Source: Eledone cirrhosa | Taxonomy: Eukaryota | Direction: 5' to 3' | Length of the DNA: 64,000 bases | Assembly: GCA_964016885.1 (NCBI GenBank) | Contig: OZ024742.1 | Span: forward strand, 104,532,001 to 104,596,000 | In this document: positions 24,013-37,105 of the stretch, one piece after another | How positions within the stretch are numbered: position 1 is the stretch's first letter | Layout of the letters: every line of letters starts with the position of its first letter | The notes under the pieces: generated by a model | Databases searched by the model: none | Told to the model about the DNA's origin: nothing | What the model saw: the letters and a program-made list of their open reading frames with translations, nothing else | Made by a program: the position numbers and the translations under genes

Positions 24013-24494
24013 TTAATTGTTTCTACTTTTGGTACAAGGCCAGCAATTATCCCAGTGTATTACTGGTACTTTATTTTATCGACCCCGTAAGAATGAAAGG
24101 CAAAGTTAACCTCGGCGGGATTTGAACTCAGTCCGTAAAGGGACGTAACTGTGCTGCAAAGCATGGTGTCCGACCCTCTACCGATACTGCCAATTCTAAT
24201 TAATTATTTCTACTTTTGGCACAAGGCCAGCAATTAAATCAGTACATTACTGGTACTTTAATTTATCGACCCCGTAAGGATGAAAGGCAAAGTTAACCTC
24301 GGCGGGATTCTAATTAATTGTTTCTACTTTAGGCACAAGGCCAGCAATTACCCAGTGCATTACTGGTACTTTATTTTATCGACCCCGTAAGGATGAAAGG
24401 CAAAGTCAACCTCGGCGGGATTTGAACTCAGATCATAAAGGGACGTAACTATGCTGGAAAGCATGGCGTCCAACCCTCTACCAATACTGCCAAT
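24013..24494 (-). mobile_element. Three tandem SINE family A copies
   Basis: Units separated by TTCTAATTAATT; the middle copy is 5'-truncated. Confidence 0.9.
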
Positions 24495-24868
24495 CGTTAG
24501 TCTTCTAGAAGCACTAATTCAAGTACTCCAGTTGATTCAGTCAACAGAACTGTTTGTTCATGAAATTAATGTGTGAGTGGTTGAGTATTCCACAGTTATG
24601 TGCACCCACAACATGGTTCTAAAGGAAATACCGCATGACACAATGTGTGACAAGGCTGGCCACTTGAATTACAGGTACAACTCATTTTTGCCAGTTGAGT
24701 GGACAAGAGCAACATGAAATAAATACAGCAGATGTGAGTTTGAGTTCCACTGATGATGCCGTCCACTTTTTTCCATCTTTAGGGGATTATATGTTCCACC
24801 TATTCAACTATTTTTCATAGTCAAAAACCTGTATTGAAGCAGTTAACTTTAAGCTAACACTCTCTCTC

Positions 24869-25277
<409 letters not shown>

Positions 25278-25282
25278 ATATA

Positions 25283-25327
<45 letters not shown>

Positions 25328-25467
25328 GTAGAACACTGGCGGGTTATATCCGCAGTAGTAGAGCACTCAGTCGATGGGACAAGTTTTGTAGAAGTAGTTC
25401 CACAACAGTTAGTTCACCATACTTCTATGTATATATATTTTTCATATATATATATATATATATCTGT

Positions 25468-25503
<36 letters not shown>

Positions 25504-25650
25504 ACAGGGAGAAAAAGACGATTATTAGGAAGAAAAATATATTTTTTTCCCTTTTTATTTCTTTCTCTCTTTTTTCTGGGTTAGAAAATGATTAAACGAA
25601 ATATGTTACTTTTGTGAAGTGTTGATATATATATATATATATAAATATAT

Positions 25651-25683
<33 letters not shown>

Positions 25684-25688
<5 letters not shown>

Positions 25689-25880
25689 AACGAGTAGGAC
25701 CCTGACGGCTGAGCTCAAGCCGTTTCGACGGCTAATTCTGCATCCAGAATTAGCCGTCGAAATGGCTTGAGCTCAGCCGTCGGGGTCCTACTCGTTCCTA
25801 TTACCCACTCTACTACCCTAAGTATTGAGTACTTTGGTGCGTTATGGTCCACCTGGTTCCTTACCACATTTCCTTAGTTA
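25684..25880 (+). mobile_element. Fold-back element: 57-bp inverted arms + ~80-bp tail, in (TA)n
   Basis: Arms at 25684-25740 and 25745-25801 (2 mismatches). Contains GAAAYGGCTTGAGCTCAGCCGTC (hammerhead 3' half). Tail CCCACTCTACTACCCTAAGTATTGAGTACTTTGG is shared with the 33822 element. Confidence 0.85.
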
Positions 25881-26139
25881 TATATATATATATATTATTT
25901 ATATATATATATGTGTATGTATATATATATATGTATGTATATATATATATATATATGATTCAAATTTACATGTCTAATGAGTAGATCAATATTGGAGTCA
26001 AGTCTGTCTTATTGATTAAGACCTAGAGCCAATCATCTACACAACACGAGATATATTTGACAACGAATAAAATTATCTTAAAATATAAATTTGTTCTCAT
26101 ACACACACACACACATACATATATATGTACAACTTGTGT

Positions 26140-26646
26140 ATGGTCGGTTGTCAGCAACTAAACCAGCAACCTCACCAAGCTTGCTTGGTGAGGAGGGTGA
26201 TTTTGGACACCCAGCGAGATGAAAGACAAAACCCGTCAAAGAGCGAAGAAACTCAGGAATGTCAATGGCCATCCAATGAAGTATTTTTTTAGGTGAGGTG
26301 GTGGGGCAATGGAGTGAGAGAGCCCTAAACTTGGTAAGACATCTCTCTAGGAGAAGGTCACTCTGATATAAAACCTGCAACTCTGTTTGCATCCAATGAT
26401 GTAGACCAGTTCTTCTTTTTGGGTAAATGCATTTGATGTTCAGTTAGTGGGATTGGCTCTGTGCAAAGCCTTTCCTCACTTGAAAAAACCTTCAAGCACA
26501 GATACCGCTTGATATGTGACAATTTTTGCGATGCATCATATGGCTGGCCATAGGCAAGTCCCTAGCAAGACTAAAAAGCCACATCCGTTATGCTCATGTT
26601 TACGTATCAAGTGATAGCATTACTCAAAATCAAGTTGCAGCCATCA
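26140..26646 (+). mobile_element. Older copy of the bipartite RTE derivative
   Basis: Colinear with 4325-4872; encodes KSLARLKSHIRYAH; ends ACTCAAAATCAAGTTGCAGCCATC. Confidence 0.75.
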
Positions 26647-27617
26647 TATGTGCATTTGTGAATATATATATACATAAATATATATATATAGAGAGAGAGC
26701 TATTTAATTTGGTAATGGAGTAGTTATATTGTGTTGTTTACTTATATATATATATATATATATACAATTGTGTTGTAAATCTGTGAATGGAAATAAACAC
26801 ATATATTTTTGTATGTCATTGAGTGAGAGAAAGCGAGAGAGAGAGAGAGAAGGGCGGTATAGCTTTTACAAGTGGTAGTTTTGAGTATGCTGTAAGTAAG
26901 TGTCTTTTTCTGTAACCATGGAAATTACATAACTAGGGTAAGATGCCTTTAGCCAGCAGTGATACAGCTTCATTACATAACTGCTGGTAGCACTGTCTGT
27001 CTGCCTGCCTGCGTGTCTGTCTGTCGTGTTTGTCTATTTATGTTTACCTCTCTGCATGCCAATCACCATCAACCTGCCATTCTGTTCCTATTCAGAGGCC
27101 CCAACCCTTGCAAAGATGCAGGGGCTGCAAGAACTAGACCCACCTCCCCCGCACCCACCCTTACAAAAAATGTTGATTAAGATAAACAATTGTGAAACAT
27201 TATAAAAAAGAATTCTAATATATGTGTGTTTGTGTGTCTGTGCATGTGTGTGTACTAATATGTATTTGTGTGTGTGTAGAAAACTTGCAAAAGGGGTCTG
27301 GAGTACTTGACATGACACCCTCCCAAATGCTGGCGCCGCGATGAAATCTACCCAGAACACTCAATAGAGTACAGGAATATATGTGACCCATGTATATATG
27401 CGCATGGACGCTTCTTTCTATTAGCCCCCTCCCCTCAACAACAACAGTTACAGCTATATAGCCATGGGGGGGGGGGGTTTACATCTGTCCTTCAATCTGC
27501 TATTATGACCACAACTTGTTTATTTTGCCCCCACACCTACATCTGACAACTAGTTATTTTCTGTCTGTCATCTCACATTTTGTCCATCTATATGTCTATC
27601 TGTCATTATACTTATCT

Positions 27618-28170
27618 TGGTGGTGGATTGGCAGTATTGGTAGAACGTCGAACACCCTGCTTTCGTGGCAGAGAGTTATGACCCTTTATGTTCTGACTTC
27701 AAATGCCGCTGAGGTTTGCTTTGTCTTTCATCATTATGGGTTCGATAAAATAAAGCACCAGTAATGTACTGGGGTAATTGCTGGCCTTGTGTTCAAAGTA
27801 GAAACAATTATATCTATCTATCTGGATTGGCAGTATCGGTAGAGCGTCAGACACCCTGCTTCGTGGCAGAGAGTTATAGCCCTTTACGTTCTGAGTTCAA
27901 ATTCCGCCAAAGTTAGCTTTGCCTTTCATCCTTACAGGGTTGATAAATTAAAGTACCAGTAATGTACTGGGGCTTATTGCTGGCCTTGTGCCAAAAGTAG
28001 AAAACATTATATCTATCAATCTGTATTGGCAGTATCGGTAGAGCGTCAGACACCCTGCTTCGTGGCAGAGAGTTATGGCCCTTTACATTCTGGGTAAGTA
28101 CTAGGATCGATTTAATCGACTTTTCCCTCCCAAAATATTGCTGGCCTTGTGCCTATAGTAGAAATCATAA
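27618..28170 (+). mobile_element. Three tandem SINE family A copies
   Basis: ATTGGCAGTAT.. at 27627, 27826 and 28025, joined by ATATCTATC. Confidence 0.88.
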
Positions 28171-28407
28171 TACCTATCTCTCTGTCACACTGTCAGTCTG
28201 TCTGACTGCCTGCCCAGCTCAATAATTGACTACTTGGCAGTATGTCTTACAGTCCATGTTGTCATCCATCCTGTCAATATAGCTTATCAACCCACCCCAC
28301 CACCTCCTCCCCTCTCTGCTAAATTTCTTCCTGTCTACCTGTCTACCTGCCTCTCTATCTTTCTTCTGCTTTACCAATTTCTCATTATCATCACTATGAT
28401 AATCTAG

Positions 28408-28421
28408 CCATCACCACCACC

Positions 28422-28452
<31 letters not shown>

Positions 28453-28937
28453 CCACCACCACAACCACCACCACCACCACCACCACCACAACCAGCACCA
28501 CCACCAGCATCATCACCACCAGCACCAGCACTACCACCAGCATCATCACCACCGCCACCAGCAGCATCATCACCACCACAACCAGCACTACCACCAACGC
28601 CACCAGCACCACCAGCACCACAACCAGCATCATCACCACCAGCACCAGCACCAGCATCATCACCACCACCAGCATCATCACCACCAGCACCACCACCATC
28701 ACTACCACCACCACTTACTACCATCCTCACCACCACCACCACCACCACCACTTACTACCATCCTCACCACCACCACCACCACTTCCACCACCACTACTAC
28801 CACCACCACCACCACCACTTACTACCATCCTCACCACCACCACCACCACCACCACCACCACCACCACTTACTACCATCCTCACCACCACCACCACCACCA
28901 CCACCACCACCACCACCACCACAACTACCACCATCAT
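28408..28937. repeat. (CAC)n-based compound trinucleotide repeat
   Basis: Direct inspection. Confidence 0.95.
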
Positions 28938-29019
28938 CTATTACTGTAAACACATGAAGTATGCATCACTTTATATGGAGTTGGCTGGTTGGTTGGTGTT
29001 GCCACCACTGCTACTGGTG

Positions 29020-31262
29020 CTGTTGTTGTTGTTGTTACTGTTGTTGTTACTGTTGTTGTTACTGTTGTTGTTGTTGTTGTTACTGTTGTTGTTGTTGTTG
29101 TTACTGTTGTTGTTACTGTTGTTGTTGTTACTGTTGTTGTTACTGTTGTTACTGTTGTTGTTGTTACTGTTGTTGTTACTGTTGTTGTTGTTACTGTTGT
29201 TGTTACTGTTGTTGTTGTTACTGTTGTTGTAACTGTTGTTGTAACTGTTGTTGTTACTGTTGTTACTGTTGTTGTTGTTACTGTTGTTGTAACTGTTGTT
29301 GTAACTGTTGTTGTTACTGTTGTTGTTACTGTTGTTGTTACTGTTGTTGTTGTTACTGTTGTTGTAACTGTTGTTGTTACTGTTGTTGTTACTGTTGTTG
29401 TTGTTACTGTTGTTGTTGTAACTGTTGTTGTAACTGTTGTTGTTACTGTTGTTACTGTTGTTGTTGTTACTGTTGTTGTTGTAACTGTTGTTGTAACTGT
29501 TGTTGTTACTGTTGTTGTTACTGTTGTTGTTACTGTTGTTGTTACTGTTGTTGTTGTTACTGTTGTTGTTGTTACTGTTGTTGTTGTAACTGTTGTTGTT
29601 ACTGTTGTTGTTACTGTTGTTGTTGTTACTGTTGTTGTTGTTACTGTTGTTGTTGTAACTGTTGTTGTTACTGTTGTTGTTACTGTTGTTGTTGTTACTG
29701 TTGTTGTTGTAACTGTTGTTGTAACTGTTGTTGTTACTGTTGTTGTTACTGTTGTTGTTGTTACTGTTGTTGTAACTGTTGTTGTTACTGTTGTTGTTAC
29801 TGTTGTTGTTACTGTTGTTACTGTTGTTGTTACTGTTGTTGTTGTTACTGTTGTTGTTGTAACTGTTGTTGTAACTGTTGTTGTAACTGTTGTTGTAACT
29901 GTTGTTGTAACTGCTGTTGTTACTGTTGTTGTTACTGTTGTTGTTACTGTTGTTGTAACTGTTGTTGTTACTGTTGTTGTTGTTACTGTTGTTGTTACTG
30001 TTGTTGTTGTTACTGTTGTTGTAACTGTTGTTGTTACTGTTGTTGTAACTGTTGTTGTTACTGTTGTTGTAACTGTTGTTGTTACTGTTGTTGTAACTGT
30101 TGTTGTAACTGTTGTTGTTACTGTTGTTGTTGTTACTGTTGTTGTAACTGTTGTTGTTGTTGTTACTGTTGTTGTTACTGTTGTTGTTACTGTTGTTGTT
30201 GTTACTGTTGTTGTTACTGTTGTTGTTACTGTTGTTGTTACTGTTGTTGTTACTGTTGTTGTTGTTACTGTTGTTGTTACTGTTGTTGTTACTGTTGTTG
30301 TTACTGTTGTTGTTATTGTTGTTGTTATGGTTGTTGTTACTGTTGTTGTTACTGTTGTTGTAACTGTTGTTGTTACTGTTGTTGTTACTGTTGTTGTAAC
30401 TGTTGTTGTAACTGTTGTTGTTACTGTTGTTGTAACTGTTGTTGTTACTGTTGTTGTAACTGTTGTTGTAACTGTTGTTGTAACTGTTGTTGTAACTGCT
30501 GTTGTTACTGTTGTTGTTACTGTTGTTGTTACTGTTGTTGTTACTGTTGTTGTAACTGTTGTTGTTACTGTTGTTGTTGTTACTGTTGTTGTTGTAACTG
30601 TTGTTGTAACTGTTGTTGTTACTGTTGTTGTTACTGTTGTTGTTGTTACTGTTGTTGTTACTGTTGTTGTTGTTACTGTTGTTGTAACTGTTGTTGTTAC
30701 TGTTGTTGTAACTGTTGTTGTTACTGTTGTTGTAACTGTTGTTGTTACTGTTGTTGTTGTTACTGTTGTTGTTACTGTTGTTGTTACTGTTGTTGTTGTT
30801 ACTGTTGTTGTAACTGTTGTTGTTGTTGTTACTGTTGTTGTTACTGTTGTTGTTACTGTTGTTGTTACTGTTGTTGTTACTGTTGTTGTTGTTACTGTTG
30901 TTGTTACTGTTGTTGTTACTGTTGTTGTTACTGTTGTTGTTATTGTTGTTGTTATGGTTGTTGTTACTGTTGTTGTTACTGTTGTTGTAACTGTTGTTGT
31001 TACTGTTGTTGTTACTGTTGTTGTTACTGCTGTTGTTACTGTTGTTGTTACTGTTGTTGTTACTGTTGTTGTTACTGTTGTTGTTACTGTTGTTGTTACT
31101 GTTGTTGTTGATGTTACTCTTGTTGTTGTTACTGTTGTTGTTACTGTTGTTGTTACTGTTATAACTTTTGTTGAAATTGTTACTGTTGTTGTTGATGTTA
31201 CTCTTGTTGTTGTTACTGTTGTTGTTACTGTTGTTGTTACTGTTGTTCTTACTGCTGCTGAT
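29020..31262. repeat. 2.2-kb (GTT)2-5-ACT compound microsatellite array
   Basis: Direct inspection; the long ORFs here are low-complexity artefacts. Confidence 0.97.
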
Positions 31263-31419
31263 GTTATTTAGGTTTTGGCACACTTCACTTTCTCCTTGAA
31301 GCCTATCATCTGTCATTGGTGGTGGTGGATGTTCTCTCACTCAGCTTACCAGCACCTCTATAACTACTGTAACCACTATACCACTCCACCACTATACTAG
31401 TATACCGCCATAACCATTA

Positions 31420-33170
31420 CACCACTGAAAATCTACTGCTACCAACACCACTATAACCACTATACCACTGAAAATCTACTGCTACCAACACCACTATAAC
31501 CACTTTACCACTGAAAATCTACTGCCACTAAGACTATTTCTTCCACTACCCTACCACTGCAAATCTACTGCCACCAGCACTATTTCTTCCACTACCATAC
31601 CACTGCAAATCTACTGCCACCAGCACTATTTCTTCCACCACCATACCACTGCAAATCTACTGCCACCAGCACTATTTCTTCCACTACCATACCACTGCAA
31701 ATCTACTGCCACCAGCACTATTTCTTCCACTACCATACCACTGCAAATCTACTGCCACCAGCACTATTTCTTCCACTACCATACCACTGCAAATCTACTG
31801 CCACCAGCACTATTTCTTCCACTACCATACCACTGCAAATCTACTGCCACCAGCACTATTTCTTCCACTTACCATACCACTGCAAATCTACTGCCACCAG
31901 CACTATTTCTTCCACTACCATACCACTGCAAATCTACTGTCACCAGCACTATTTCTTCCACTACCATACCACTGCAAATCTACTGCCACCAGCACTATTT
32001 CTTCCACTACCATACCACTGCAAATCTACTGCCACCAGCACTATTTCTTCCACTACCATACCACTGTAAATCTACTGCCACCAGCACTATTTCTTCCACT
32101 ACCATACCACTGCAAATCTACTGCCACCAACACTATTTCTTCCACTACCATACCACTGTAAATCTACTGCCACCAACACTATTTCTTCCACTACCATACC
32201 ACTGTAAATCTACTGCCACCAGCACTATTTCTTCCACTACAATACCACTGTAAATCTACTGCCACCAGCACTATTTCTTCCACTACCATACCACTGCAAA
32301 TCTACTGCCACCAACACTATTTCTTCCACTACCATACCACTGTAAATCTACTGCCACCAGCACTATTTCTTCCACTACCATACCACTGTAAATCTATTGC
32401 CACCAGCACTATTTCTTCCAGTACCATACCACTGTAAATCTACTGCCACCAACACTATTTCTTCCACTACCATACCACTGTAAATCTATTGCCACCAGCA
32501 CTATTTCTTCCACTACCATACCACTGTAAATCTACTGCCACCAGCACTATTTCTTCCACTACCATACCACTGCAAATCTACTGCCACCAGCACTATTTCT
32601 TCCACTACCATACCACTGTAAATCTACTGCCACCAGCACTATTTCTTCCACTACCATACCACTGTAAATCTATTGCCACCAGCACTATTTCTTCCACTAC
32701 CATACCACTGTAAATCTACTGCCACCAACACTATTTCTTCCACTACCATACCACTGTAAATCTATTGCCACCAGCACTATTTCTTCCACTACCATACCAC
32801 TGTAAATCTACTGCCACCAGCACTATTTCTTCCACTACCATACCACTGTCAATCTATTGCCACCAGCACTATTTCTTCCACTACCATACCACTGTAAATC
32901 TACTGCCACCAACACTATTTCTTCCACTACCATACCACTGTAAATCTATTGCCACCAGCACTATTTCTTCCACTACCATACCACTGTAAATCTACTGCTA
33001 CCAGCACTATTTCTTCCACTACCATACCACTGTAAATCTATTGCCACCAGCACTATTTCTTCCACTACCATACCATTGTAAATCTATTGCCACCAGCACT
33101 ATTTCTTCCACTACCATACCACTGTAAATCTATTGCCACCAGCACTATTTCTTCCACTACCTTACCATGC
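31420..33170. repeat. 46-bp minisatellite, ~35 copies plus degenerate edge units
   Basis: CCACTG(C/T)AAATCTA(C/T)TGCCACCAGCACTATTTCTTCCACTACCATA. Confidence 0.97.
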
Positions 33171-33491
33171 CACCATGTATCTCCACTCCTGTCACTGCAT
33201 TACCACTGCAACTTTACTACTACAACACTATCACCATTACTATACCATGCCTCCACTATTATATCATCACCACTACAGCGACTACATCTCAGTTTTACCC
33301 TCCATTGTATGATTCCAGCTGGGTGGGTGTACCTGGTTTGAGGGTGGTTGGGTTTCTGGTAATGCAAATGAGGGTGGTTGGTTGAGTGTAGTAGGACGAA
33401 TGAGGGTGGGTGGTTGAGTGTAGTTTGGTGAGTGAGGGTGGGTGAGTGACTAGTTGAGTGTAGTATGGCAAGCAAAGTTTATATTTCCCAG

Positions 33492-33536
33492 ACATCACTT
33501 CATCAGCATCACCACCATCATGATCTCACACTGCAG
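33492..33536 (+). other. Candidate 45-nt exon
   Basis: TTTATATTTCCCAG|ACATCACTTCATCAGCATCACCACCATCATGATCTCACACTGCAG|GTAAGT, frame-preserving; no partner exon identified. Confidence 0.25.
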
Positions 33537-33744
33537 GTAAGTGTTGATGATGGTGTGTGTGTGTGAAGTAGAGAAGCATATCACAGCATCAGAGAAGTAA
33601 GATGAGAAAATAAGAGAGAAAAATAGAGAGAGAGAAGAGAGAGACAGAATGGAAGGGAATGGGCAAAAAGTAAAAAGTACAAGAAATAAGAGTAAGACCA
33701 TGAACCCCCTCTCTCTCTCCCTCTTGCTATATATATATATATGC

Positions 33745-33776
<32 letters not shown>

Positions 33777-33787
33777 AGTATATATAG

Positions 33788-33821
<34 letters not shown>

Positions 33822-33826
<5 letters not shown>

Positions 33827-33993
33827 AAAATGTATGAACCCGATGGCAGAGCTGGACTCCAGAAATAGCCGTCCAAACGGCTTGAGCTCTGCTGTCGGGG
33901 TCATACATTTTCCTATTACCCACTCTACTACTCTAAGTATTGAGTACTTTGGTGCGTTATGGTCCATCTGGTTCCTTACCACAACTACTTCGT
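33822..33993 (+). mobile_element. Fold-back element: 32-bp arms + tail, same family as 25684
   Basis: Arms at 33822-33853 and 33885-33916; tail nearly identical to 25802-25870. Confidence 0.85.
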
Positions 33994-35034
33994 TATATAT
34001 ATATATATATATATATATAGCAATATATATATATATATATATATATAGCAATATATATATATAGTTAATAAATGAAACAACAAAACACAGGAGGCAAAAT
34101 TACGCAGTTATATTAAGTTCATGCTAGGAGGAAGTGGAGGAGGGTTCAACATTTTGGGCAGAAGTCCTTCTTCAGGAAAGTTTGCATAAGGAGATAACAG
34201 ATTGATGTATGAGTAGAGTGAGAAGGTTGGGGAAGGAAGTTAAAAAAGTGATAGGGGGAGGTGTGTGAAAGGTCCAGGATAGAGAGTATGGGCACTCAGT
34301 GGTATGAAACCTGCCAAACAAAGGGTTGAGAGGAGTCAGTAGAGCATTGAAACATATGTAAGCAAGATACGAGACCTCAGCCCTCAGCTCAATTTCTCTT
34401 ACATGTGATTTGAGGAAGATTTGGCTGCTATTTCTAGCAAGTCAAGTAACCATATAGAGATACCTCTTCATATTTGAGAGAGAGAGAGAGTGAGTGAAAG
34501 AGAAAGAGAGAGAGGGAGAGAGTATATCTAGAAAGGGATGAGAGAGAAAGAGAGAGAAGTTGGAAGAAAAAAGTGTAGTGAAAGAGAAAGAGGGGGGGGG
34601 GGAGAAACTGATAGGGTAAAAAATGGAACCAGTTAAGAAAAAAGGTGGTAGAGTGAGTGAAAATATAAAACACAGCTGAGAGAGAGAGAAAAGGAGGAGG
34701 AGTTAGAGAGAATAACAGAAAGAAAGAGAAAGGGGAGTAATAATTTAAAGAGTAGAAACCTGAGAGAGAGAGGGGGTGAATAATAGAGAGAGAAACAATG
34801 AAGAATAGAAAGAGAAACAGTGTAAAAGAGAGAAAGAAAGTGAGAGAGAGAGAGAATGTGAAACAGAGAGAGGTAGAGAGAATAACAGAAAGAAAAAGAA
34901 AGAGGAGTAATAATTTAAAGAGAGGGAGTAGAAAATGAGAGAACATAGAGAAGTAATAGAAACCTGAGAGAGAGAGTGAAGGATAGAGAGAGAAACAGAA
35001 TAAGAGAAAGAGTAAAGAATAGAGAGAGAGAGAA

Positions 35035-35246
35035 ATGATTTCTAGTATAGGCACAAGGCCTGTAATTTGTGGGGAGGGGGACAGTCGATTAAGTCGAACC
35101 AGTATGTTACTGGTACTTTATTTTATCGACCCTGTAAAGGCAAAGTTAACCTCGGCAGGAATTTCGAACTCAGACCGTAAAGGGACGTAACTCTCTGCTA
35201 CAAAGCATGGCGTCTGACTTTCTACCGATACTGTCAATCCCCCGCC
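35035..35246 (-). mobile_element. SINE family A variant
   Basis: Match to the family unit. Confidence 0.85.
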
Positions 35247-35249
35247 CTT

Positions 35250-35850
35250 ATAGAGAGAGAGATAGAGTAAGTGAGAGAATGGGAATAGAGAGAGAGAGAG
35301 AGTAAGTGAGAGAATGAGAATAGAGAGGAGATAGAGTAAGAGAAAGAATGAAGAATAGAGAGAGAGACAGAGTAAGTGAGAGAATGAGAATAGAGAGGGA
35401 GATAGAGTAAGTGAGAGAATGAGAATAGAGAGAGAGACAGAGTAAGAGAAAGAATGAAGAATAGAGAGAGAGATAGAGTAAGTGAGAGAATGAGAATAGA
35501 GAGAGAGATAGAGTAAGTGAGAGAATGAGAATAGAGAGGGAGATAGAGTAAGTGAGAGAATGAGAATAGAGAGAGAGAGTAAGTGAGAGAATGAGAATAG
35601 AGAGAGAGACAGAGTAAGAGAAAGAATGAAGAATAGAGAGAGAGATAGAGTAAGTGAGAGAATGAGAATAGAGAGGGAGACAGAGTAAGTGAGAGAATGG
35701 GAATAGAGAGAGAGACAGAGTAAGTGAGAGAATGAGAATAGAGAGGAGACAGAGTAAGTGAGAGAAATAAGGTGAGAGAGAGAGAGAGTAAGTGAGAGAA
35801 ATAAGGTGAGAGAGAGAGAGAGTAAGTGAGAGAAATAAGGTGAGGGAGAG
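35250..35850. repeat. Purine-rich ~35-bp minisatellite
   Basis: AGAGTAAGTGAGAGAATGAGAATAGAGAGAGAGA(T/C) repeated. Confidence 0.9.
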
Positions 35851-36256
35851 AATGTGAAAGAGAGAAATAGAGTTGGGAGAGGCACGTGTCCTTACACATG
35901 GAATAATAAAGTGAGAAATGTTGTAAGGGTGTCAGAGGTGAATAGGAAGGTAAGGTGGGTGAGTTGTAGGTAGGGGGTGAGCAGTATTCATAGGGGAGTG
36001 GCTGGATTGGGGGGGGGGTATTAATAAATCTAGAATAAACAACTTTATACTTCATTAAATATATACACACATATTTGTGAAGGAGTGTGGGTGTATCATT
36101 TGTATATGTATAAGTTTACTTACATGCTTGTATGTGTATATATATATATATACATATATATACACACACGTGTGTGTGTGTATATATATATATATACATA
36201 TATATACACACACGTGTGTGTGTGTATTTTTATTTGTATGTGATATGCCTCCTTTA

Positions 36257-36301
<45 letters not shown>

Positions 36302-36984
36302 TACACACATACATATAAGATATACACACATATATATGTGCGTGTGTATGTGTATTAAATATTTTAAGAGATATATCAAAATGCATATATGTGTGTGTGT
36401 ATAATTAAACTATTTTCATGCTCTGCTTTCTTTCAGGGTTATATATATGAATAAACCCTATACCAAATATTGTGTATGAGCTGCAAAAATTTGTAGATAT
36501 TTTCTCAGGTTTAAATAATTTATAACGCTTATTTATATATTTCACATATGTAATATAAGTTTTTAAAAATCAATTAACTGAGGTTATCTTTGTATTTAGA
36601 AAACAAAAACTGTTTAAAATCTAAATTCAACAAGTAAGGGAGATGACTTCAACAATATCAGTTAATTTAAATTTTTGTAAAATAAAAAGAATGCTGCTTG
36701 GAAGGGATCTTGCTTATATGGCTAACTAGTGAAAGCAATGGATATACTTTAATCTTGTTGGTTTCCATATAGACATAATGGCAATGAATTGGTAGAATCA
36801 TTAGAATGTCAGATAAAATTCTTTACGGTATTCATTCCAGATCTCAGCCCTCTGAATTCAAATCCTGCCAAGGTAACTTTATCTTTAATCTTTTCAAGAT
36901 TGGTTGATAAATAAAGTACCATGCATGAACTGGAGTTGATTTTTCCTCTATATTTCTTCTTCACTTTCTTTTTCTCCTCTCTGG

Positions 36985-37105
36985 GAGAAATTAGTTGTGC
37001 TCAAACCTGGAGTGGGATGGGCTCCATCAGGTTTAAAATACCCAAGATACATCGCATGTCACTATAGCACCCCTACAACTCCATCAAAAGTTACATGTTC
37101 ATATA
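36985..37105. repeat. Dispersed repeat family, also at ~42530-42610, 45560-45680 and inverted at 19560-19665
   Basis: AAATCAGTTGTG..CTGG..GGGATGGGCTC..TTTAAAA..CCCAAGA..TGTCACTAT.GCACC. Confidence 0.65.

Noticed and set aside
28404-28751. Gly-rich protein
   Set aside because: (GGT)n-type repeat without gene context
28954-31340. 700-790 aa ORFs (poly-Cys/Tyr, poly-Val/Thr, poly-Asn/Ser)
   Set aside because: Translations of a stop-poor trinucleotide array that is open in several frames on both strands; no domain or splice support
34434-36070. 200-280 aa Leu/Ser/Phe-rich ORFs
   Set aside because: Antisense reading of GA-rich low-complexity repeats
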